Shown here in pieces: positions 58,877-64,000 of a stretch of 64,000 bases of DNA. A program made the translations under genes and the position numbers. Under the pieces are notes generated by a model. That model had not been told where the DNA came from and did not search any database. It saw nothing but the letters and a program-made list of their open reading frames with translations. Each line of letters starts with the position of its first letter. The first letter of the stretch is position 1. Origin of the DNA: Acidobacteriota bacterium (GTDB lineage: Bacteria; Acidobacteriota; Vicinamibacteria; Vicinamibacterales; UBA2999); assembly GCA_018000455.1 (NCBI GenBank), contig JAGNJW010000011.1, forward strand, positions 28,872 through 92,871, in the 5' to 3' direction.

Positions 58877-60598
58877 CTACGGCACCTGAATCGTCTGCGC
58901 CGCCGTCGGCGCGCTGGCGCCACAGGCGTTCAATGCGGTGACGCTCACCTGATAGGTGCCGGGCGTCACGACCGCACTGAGGTTCCGGGTGGCGCCAACC
59001 GGCAGAGCACCCACGAATGCGCCGGTCACGTTCAGGACGTAGGCCGACGCGGCCGGCCCAGTCGCCGGCGGATCCCAGAGCAGGTACGCGGTATTACCCA
59101 CGCGATAGAACAGATAGTTGAGCGGCGCCGAGGGCACCCCGGAACAGGCCCCGGGAAACGTCAGCGTGATCGACGGAGACGCGGCGCCGGCCCCGCTCGC
59201 GTTGCGCGCCCGCAGCGCGAACGTGTAGGTGCCAGCGGGCACCCCGCTGAAGGCGAACGACTCGGTCAGGCCCATCGGCACGGTAGCCGAGAGGTCGCCG
59301 GACACATCGAGCAGCACGTCGGTAGGCTCGCCACCCTCGTAGCTCAGCTTCCAGGAGAGCGCCAATGCATCCCCGTTGACCAGCCCCGTGAGGCCCGCCG
59401 GCGCCGACGGTACGATCGGCACGTTCACATAGAGGCGGGTTTCGTTCGAGACGCCACTAGTCATCGGGCCATCGAGGGCCTTGACCCGCACATAGAACGC
59501 ACCGCTGGGTGCGGGGAACGTCAATGCCGGAGCCGGCCCCGTCTCGACGGCGCCGTGAACCGCCCCTGGCGTCGTGCCGCCCTCGACGCGGTAGCCGGTG
59601 GGAACGGGGCCGTAGGGCGGCGCATCCCAGCGCAGCGTCACCGTGGTACCTGAGACGCGATCGACTCTGAAGTTCGTGGGGGGCTGCACCGGCACGACGG
59701 TGATCGAGACCGTGGTCGGCGCGGCGCTGCCGCCATTGTTCGAGGGGAAGTAGGTGAACGAGTCGGGTCCAAGATAGCCGGTCGAAGGCACGTAGCGGAA
59801 CCCGCCGTCGCTGTTGAGCGTGATGCTGCCATGGGTCGGCAGGCCCTGCAGTGTGGCCGTGAGGGGACCGCTGCCCGGCGAGTTGATGTCGTTGCCGAGG
59901 ACGCCGGGCGCTGGGACCACAAGCGGCGTCGACAGGCCGGCGAAATAGGCGTCGGGCACGGCCGCCGTCGGCGGCGTGACGACGCCGGTGGTCGTGAGCG
60001 CCAGACTCAGCGCGCTCACGGTGCCGACGTCGAGGCGGCACGAGTCGGTGAAGCGCACGCGCCAGGTGCCGTTGGGTTCACGGTTCGCGAAGACCGGGTT
60101 CATCGCCGTGGCCGGGCCGGTGGCGCCGGGGAAACCGCCAATCGCCGACGTGCGGTAGGCGCCGCCAGGCACGGGATCCTGAGTGGCTGCCATCCACCAG
60201 TTGCCGCCGGCCGCGTCGTTGAACGTGTAGGTGCTGCCGTTCAAGTCGAATGAGCTCCCCCAGTCGGTCGGCGTCGTCGCCCGCGTGCGTCCGAAGATCA
60301 CGTGCTGGGTGCCATCGGGCGCAATAAGCGTGGCCGTCAGCTCGCCCATCCACGTATGCGTCAGCGCCATGCTCACCGACACGCCCGTCACGCCACCCAC
60401 AACGCCCGAGACGGGCACCACGACGAAGTGAGGCGCGCCATCGGTGCCGCACTCACCGAGACTGTCGGGGATGGCACCGAGCGTCGCAGGATTGGCGTTG
60501 AAGGTGGTCTGCGCCGCCGACGGCCTGCCGAGCGGGCCGGCCCACAGCGCAGCGATCAGCAACAGCAACGTGGAGAATCGACTGGACGTTCGCACCAA
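58877..60598 (-). CDS. Secreted P-domain (proprotein-convertase-type) / cadherin-like / 3x FN3-like protein
   Basis: Signal peptide. VSVSMALTHTWMGELTATLIAPDGT..NGTWRVRFTD (P-domain pattern). APGVLGNDINSPG..DSFTYF (cadherin/VCBS-like). Three FN3-like modules, the last ending TPGTYQVSVTALNACGASAPTAAQTIQVP at the C-terminus. GAGGAG RBS. Confidence 0.75.
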   Translation of the reverse strand: MVRTSSRFSTLLLLIAALWAGPLGRPSAAQTTFNANPATLGAIPDSLGECGTDGAPHFVVVPVSGVVGGVTGVSVSMALTHTWMGELTATLIAPDGTQHVIFGRTRATTPTDWGSSFDLNGSTYTFNDAAGGNWWMAATQDPVPGGAYRTSAIGGFPGATGPATAMNPVFANREPNGTWRVRFTDSCRLDVGTVSALSLALTTTGVVTPPTAAVPDAYFAGLSTPLVVPAPGVLGNDINSPGSGPLTATLQGLPTHGSITLNSDGGFRYVPSTGYLGPDSFTYFPSNNGGSAAPTTVSITVVPVQPPTNFRVDRVSGTTVTLRWDAPPYGPVPTGYRVEGGTTPGAVHGAVETGPAPALTFPAPSGAFYVRVKALDGPMTSGVSNETRLYVNVPIVPSAPAGLTGLVNGDALALSWKLSYEGGEPTDVLLDVSGDLSATVPMGLTESFAFSGVPAGTYTFALRARNASGAGAASPSITLTFPGACSGVPSAPLNYLFYRVGNTAYLLWDPPATGPAASAYVLNVTGAFVGALPVGATRNLSAVVTPGTYQVSVTALNACGASAPTAAQTIQVP

Positions 60599-60702
60599 GG
60601 TGACTCCTCGAATTCAGGCAGCTGGCCGCAGGGGGCGTCAGGGGGCCGCTGCCTTCCTCTTTTTCGATTGCGCGCGTCGATTCGTGGCAGGCGGGTGGAC
60701 GC

Positions 60703-60716
60703 GCAAGCGCGCTTGC
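60703..60716. promoter_or_regulatory. Perfect 14 bp palindrome GCAAGCGCGCTTGC in the divergent 330 bp intergenic region
   Basis: Self-complementary over all 14 positions. It lies between divergent genes 60598(-) and 60929(+). Confidence 0.3.
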
Positions 60717-60928
60717 CCCGATGGCCGATTCGACGCGACTATCTATCCTGTCACAAGTCATGAGCCCCCGCCGCGCGTCGGCAGGCAGATCGAACCGGTG
60801 ACCGCAGCAGCGCTCTTTGCCAACCGCAATCGGGTGATACCATGCGGTAACGGTCACGGTACAGGTGTGTTCGACACCCGCCGGACGGTGACGCCGCGGC
60901 CCACCCTCCCCTCTGGCTGCCGGCAGAC

Positions 60929-62350
60929 GTGTCGAATCGCATGCAGATGATCCGCCTCCCTCACGCCGTGGTCCTCGCCTTGGGGCTGACGGCGTTCGGC
61001 CCGGCCAGCGGAGCCGCCCAGCAGCGTCCGCAGCCGCCGCCCGATGAGCGGCCCGCCGATCGCCCGTCCGATCCCGCCGACCCGATGGCCGAGGCCCGGC
61101 GCCGCTACACGGCGCTCTTCGGCGGCGCCAGCGGGGGTCCCGAACCGGCAACCGGCCTGCGCTTCGATGGAGCGCTCTACGGCGCGTGGGACCAGAACCT
61201 GCTGGCCGAGTTCACCTCGCCAAACACGACCAGCGCGCTGCAGGTCAGCGGCGCCTACACCAACCTCGTCGGGGATCTCCGCTACGTGCGCAACACGCCG
61301 CGCCTGCAGGTGGCCACTACCGGTGGCCTCAGCGCGCGCTATTACACCAGCTTGAACCAGTTCGCGGCCAACGACTTCCACGGCGGTGCCGGCACGTCGG
61401 TACGGCTGGACCGCCTCACGACGCTCGGGCTGAACCAGACCCTGTCGTACGCTCCCGTGTATCTGTTCGGCCTGTTCGCAGACGCGCTGCCGACGCCGCT
61501 CGGAAGCGTCCAGACGCCGAGCTCGGCCTACGCCGTCAACGACGACCGCGCCATCACCAGCGACAGCCGTGCCGAGATCGAGCGCCGCTTCACGGTGCGC
61601 TCGCTCGTCTCCAGCCGCGTGGCCTACCGGCGCAGCCACTTCACAGTGGTGACACCGCGCGGCACCGACTTCACGACTTTCGAAACGGGCGCCGACTACC
61701 GCTATCGAGTCACCGAGAACAACGATTTCCGTCTCGGGTATTTCTATCGCCAGGCCGACTACATCGGCACCGAGCAGTTCGGGCTCCGCACCCCGCAGCC
61801 GGCCGAGCACAACCTCCACCTCGGCGTGGCCTTCCACCCCGCGCTCACCGAAGAGCGCCGCACGATCGTCACCTTCGACGGCGGCACCTCGTTCGTCGCC
61901 TCGGCGCTGGCGACCAATGCCTTCGAGACGCGGCGCCAGGTGCGGCTCATCGGCGATGCCGCCATCGCACACCAGATGGGCCGCACGTGGCTGCTGGTCG
62001 GCGCATTGAAACGCGGCACCGGATTCGTGCAGGGCCTCAACGGTCCTGTCTTCACCGACGCCGTGTCGGTGACGACCACCGGCTTCTTCAATCCCCGCAC
62101 CGACCTGTTTGCCTCGGTCGGCTACTCGAACGGCGAGCCGACGCTGGTCGGGGCGGTGCAGACGTTCTCGACCGCGACGGTGGACACCCGGCTGCGCGTG
62201 GCGCTCAACGAGCGCTGGGCGTTCACCGCGCAGTACGTGTTCTACCACTACGACTTCAGCAACGTGCTCGACCTGGTGGCCGGACTGGAACCGACGGTCA
62301 AGCGCAACACGCTCCGGATCGGCGTCAACGTGTGGTGGCCCCTGCGCTGA
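60929..62350 (+). CDS. Putative outer-membrane beta-barrel protein
   Basis: Signal peptide (..AVVLALGLTAFGPASGAAQQ). Alternating-pattern strands rich in Tyr/Gly/Asn. The C-terminal end ..LRIGVNVWWPLR has aromatics near the terminus. The likely true start is ATG 60941 or 60947. Confidence 0.55.
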   Translation: MSNRMQMIRLPHAVVLALGLTAFGPASGAAQQRPQPPPDERPADRPSDPADPMAEARRRYTALFGGASGGPEPATGLRFDGALYGAWDQNLLAEFTSPNTTSALQVSGAYTNLVGDLRYVRNTPRLQVATTGGLSARYYTSLNQFAANDFHGGAGTSVRLDRLTTLGLNQTLSYAPVYLFGLFADALPTPLGSVQTPSSAYAVNDDRAITSDSRAEIERRFTVRSLVSSRVAYRRSHFTVVTPRGTDFTTFETGADYRYRVTENNDFRLGYFYRQADYIGTEQFGLRTPQPAEHNLHLGVAFHPALTEERRTIVTFDGGTSFVASALATNAFETRRQVRLIGDAAIAHQMGRTWLLVGALKRGTGFVQGLNGPVFTDAVSVTTTGFFNPRTDLFASVGYSNGEPTLVGAVQTFSTATVDTRLRVALNERWAFTAQYVFYHYDFSNVLDLVAGLEPTVKRNTLRIGVNVWWPLR

Positions 62351-62351
62351 C

Positions 62352-64000
62352 ATGTGCGGGATCGCCGGACTCATCGGGCGCCTCAGCCCGAGTCATCGCT
62401 CGGCCCTCGACCGCATGAACGAGGCGCTCGCACACCGCGGGCCCGACGGCATGGGTGTGTGGGCGAGTCCGCCAGACGCCGAGGGGTTCGGTTGCCTGCT
62501 CGGCCATCGCCGCCTGGCGATCCTCGATCTGTCGCACGCCGGCGATCAACCAATGGTCGACACGACCGGCGGCATCACGCGCGTCGTCGTCTTCAACGGC
62601 GAGATCTACAACTTCAAGGATCTGCGCACTGCGCTCGAGCGTGACGGCGAGCGGTTCGACTCGAGCGGCGACACCGCGGTGATGCTGCGCCTGCTGGCGC
62701 GGGAGGGCGCGGTCAGCGTCGCCAAGCTGCGCGGCATGTTCGCGTTTGCGCTCTGGGAACAGCAGGCGCAGCGCCTGCTGCTGGCCCGCGATCCGCTCGG
62801 TATCAAGCCCCTCTACGTGTGCAGGAATCCCGATCCGCGCGGCGACTGGTCGCTGGTCTTCGCCTCGGAGGTGCGCGCGATTCTCGCCTCCGGACTCGTG
62901 ACGTCACCGCGACTCGACCGACGGGCGGTGGCCTCGATTCTCTGGAACGGCTTCGTGGCCGGACCGATCACGGCCGTCGCAGGCATCGAGCCGCTCGGAC
63001 CGGGCGAGCACTGGATCGTGGATCGCGGCCAGGCTCCAGTGCGAACGCGGTACTGGTCGATGCCTGGGGGCGGTGAGTCGCGGCCGGCCAGCGAGGAAGA
63101 ACTCCGGGAGGTGCTGCGCGACAGTGTCGCCCGGCATCTCGTCTCCGACGTGCCGGTCGGCGTCTTCCTGTCGGGCGGCATCGACTCGAGCGCCGTCGCG
63201 GCCATGGCCCAGCAGGCCAACCACACGCCGGTGCACACCTTCACGCTGACGTTCGACGAAGCGGAGTACGACGAAGCCGCCGCGGCCCGGGCGGTCGCCG
63301 GAGCCATCGGCACCGAACACCAGGAGATCCGGCTCACCGAACACGACTTCGCGTCGGCCCTCGACACTGCCGTCGATACGATCGATCAGCCGACCTTCGA
63401 CGGTTTGAATTCGTACTACATTTCGCGGGCCGTCCGCGAGGCCGGCCTGACGGTGGCGCTGGCCGGCACCGGCGGCGATGAGCTGTTCGGCGGCTACCCG
63501 ACGTTCGCGGTCGTACCGGCGCTACAACGCTGGGCGCGCCGCACGGCGATGGTGCCAGAGTTCGCCCGCCTCGCCGGCGCCCGCCTGGCCAGCCGCGTGC
63601 TGGCCGGATCCGGACGGGCCACCCCGCCCCAGACGCGATGGGCGAAGCTGCCAGACATGACGCGGGCTGGTGACGATCTCCTGGCGTTGTACCAACTCGC
63701 CTACGCCCTCTTCCTGCCGGCCTTTCAGGACGACCTGCTCGACGGCCCGATTGGGGACGGCCTCCAGCACGGGCTCCCGGTGGAGCTGGCCCGGCAGGTG
63801 GAAGACGAGATCGCGGGGCGGAGCGCCGTGGCCGCTGTCGCCACCCTCGAACAACGGTTGTTCCTCGGCGAGCGGTTGCTGCGCGATACCGACGCGGCCA
63901 GCATGGCCGTGTCACTCGAGACCCGGCTGCCGCTGGTCGACAGCGTGGTCGTCGAGACGGTCAACCGGCTGCCGGATGACACCCGTTTCGCGCCGCTGGG
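62352..64000 (+). CDS. asnB: Asparagine synthase (glutamine-hydrolysing) family amidotransferase, 3' end cut by window edge
   Basis: Not in the track because it is open-ended. ATG 62352 gives MCGIAGLIGRLSP.. (Cys2 nucleophile), ..HRRLAILDLS..GDQPM.. and the PP-loop VFLSGGIDSSAVAA. It starts 1 nt after the barrel-gene stop. Confidence 0.85.
   Translation, partial: MCGIAGLIGRLSPSHRSALDRMNEALAHRGPDGMGVWASPPDAEGFGCLLGHRRLAILDLSHAGDQPMVDTTGGITRVVVFNGEIYNFKDLRTALERDGERFDSSGDTAVMLRLLAREGAVSVAKLRGMFAFALWEQQAQRLLLARDPLGIKPLYVCRNPDPRGDWSLVFASEVRAILASGLVTSPRLDRRAVASILWNGFVAGPITAVAGIEPLGPGEHWIVDRGQAPVRTRYWSMPGGGESRPASEEELREVLRDSVARHLVSDVPVGVFLSGGIDSSAVAAMAQQANHTPVHTFTLTFDEAEYDEAAAARAVAGAIGTEHQEIRLTEHDFASALDTAVDTIDQPTFDGLNSYYISRAVREAGLTVALAGTGGDELFGGYPTFAVVPALQRWARRTAMVPEFARLAGARLASRVLAGSGRATPPQTRWAKLPDMTRAGDDLLALYQLAYALFLPAFQDDLLDGPIGDGLQHGLPVELARQVEDEIAGRSAVAAVATLEQRLFLGERLLRDTDAASMAVSLETRLPLVDSVVVETVNRLPDDTRFAPL

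Noticed and set aside
1-64000. A search for mobile elements, prophage genes, toxin-antitoxin pairs, reverse transcriptases (DGR or retron), Cas genes or known defence-system domains.
   Set aside because: I recognised no transposase, integrase, RT, nuclease or NTPase signatures in any credible frame. The window looks like core chromosome rich in secreted hydrolases and envelope proteins. Remote homologs cannot be excluded without HMM searches.

Overview
Very GC-rich 64 kb chromosomal segment with about 55 protein genes. I saw no rRNA, tRNA, CRISPR array, transposase or integrase. All product calls come from reading motifs in the supplied translations and in my own translations; no database search was possible.

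Two Acidobacteria-type duplicated orphan permeases (ADOP), one at each end of the window, plus a secretome rich in hydrolases suggest an Acidobacteriota-like genome. This is inference.

Recognisable content:
- A type IV minor-pilin operon (FimT/GspH-, PilV-, PilW- and giant PilX-like genes) behind a sigma54-type promoter.
- A LytS-type histidine kinase followed by two translationally coupled response regulators (REC-PP2C and REC-LytTR).
- An alkaline phosphatase.
- A SorA-like molybdoenzyme with a dihaem cytochrome c.
- GluQRS, GlnRS and YbaK.
- M1, M20 and M28 peptidases, a D-aminoacylase and esterases.
- A Ser/Thr kinase translationally coupled to an ECF sigma factor.
- An outer-membrane barrel gene followed by asparagine synthase at the right edge.

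Most interesting:
1. A sigma54-type promoter drives four tandem, partly translationally coupled paralogs (27.5-32.7 kb). They encode secreted beta-propeller-like proteins that share a near-identical C-terminal FN3-like module. Codon-level evidence points to gene conversion between non-adjacent copies.
2. The same C-terminal module type closes two other, unrelated secreted proteins in the window.
3. The kinase/ECF pair is divergent from a five-gene operon of uncharacterised envelope proteins (FN3, GIDE-like and internally repeated proteins).
4. At least ten genes carry a TANNNT hexamer exactly 6-7 nt upstream of the start codon, implying widespread leaderless transcription. Two of these cases are back-to-back overlapping promoter pairs.
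5. There are two decayed genes: an amidase remnant and a frameshifted DUF2785-like gene.

Many long ORFs in the track are GC-driven shadow frames and were rejected.
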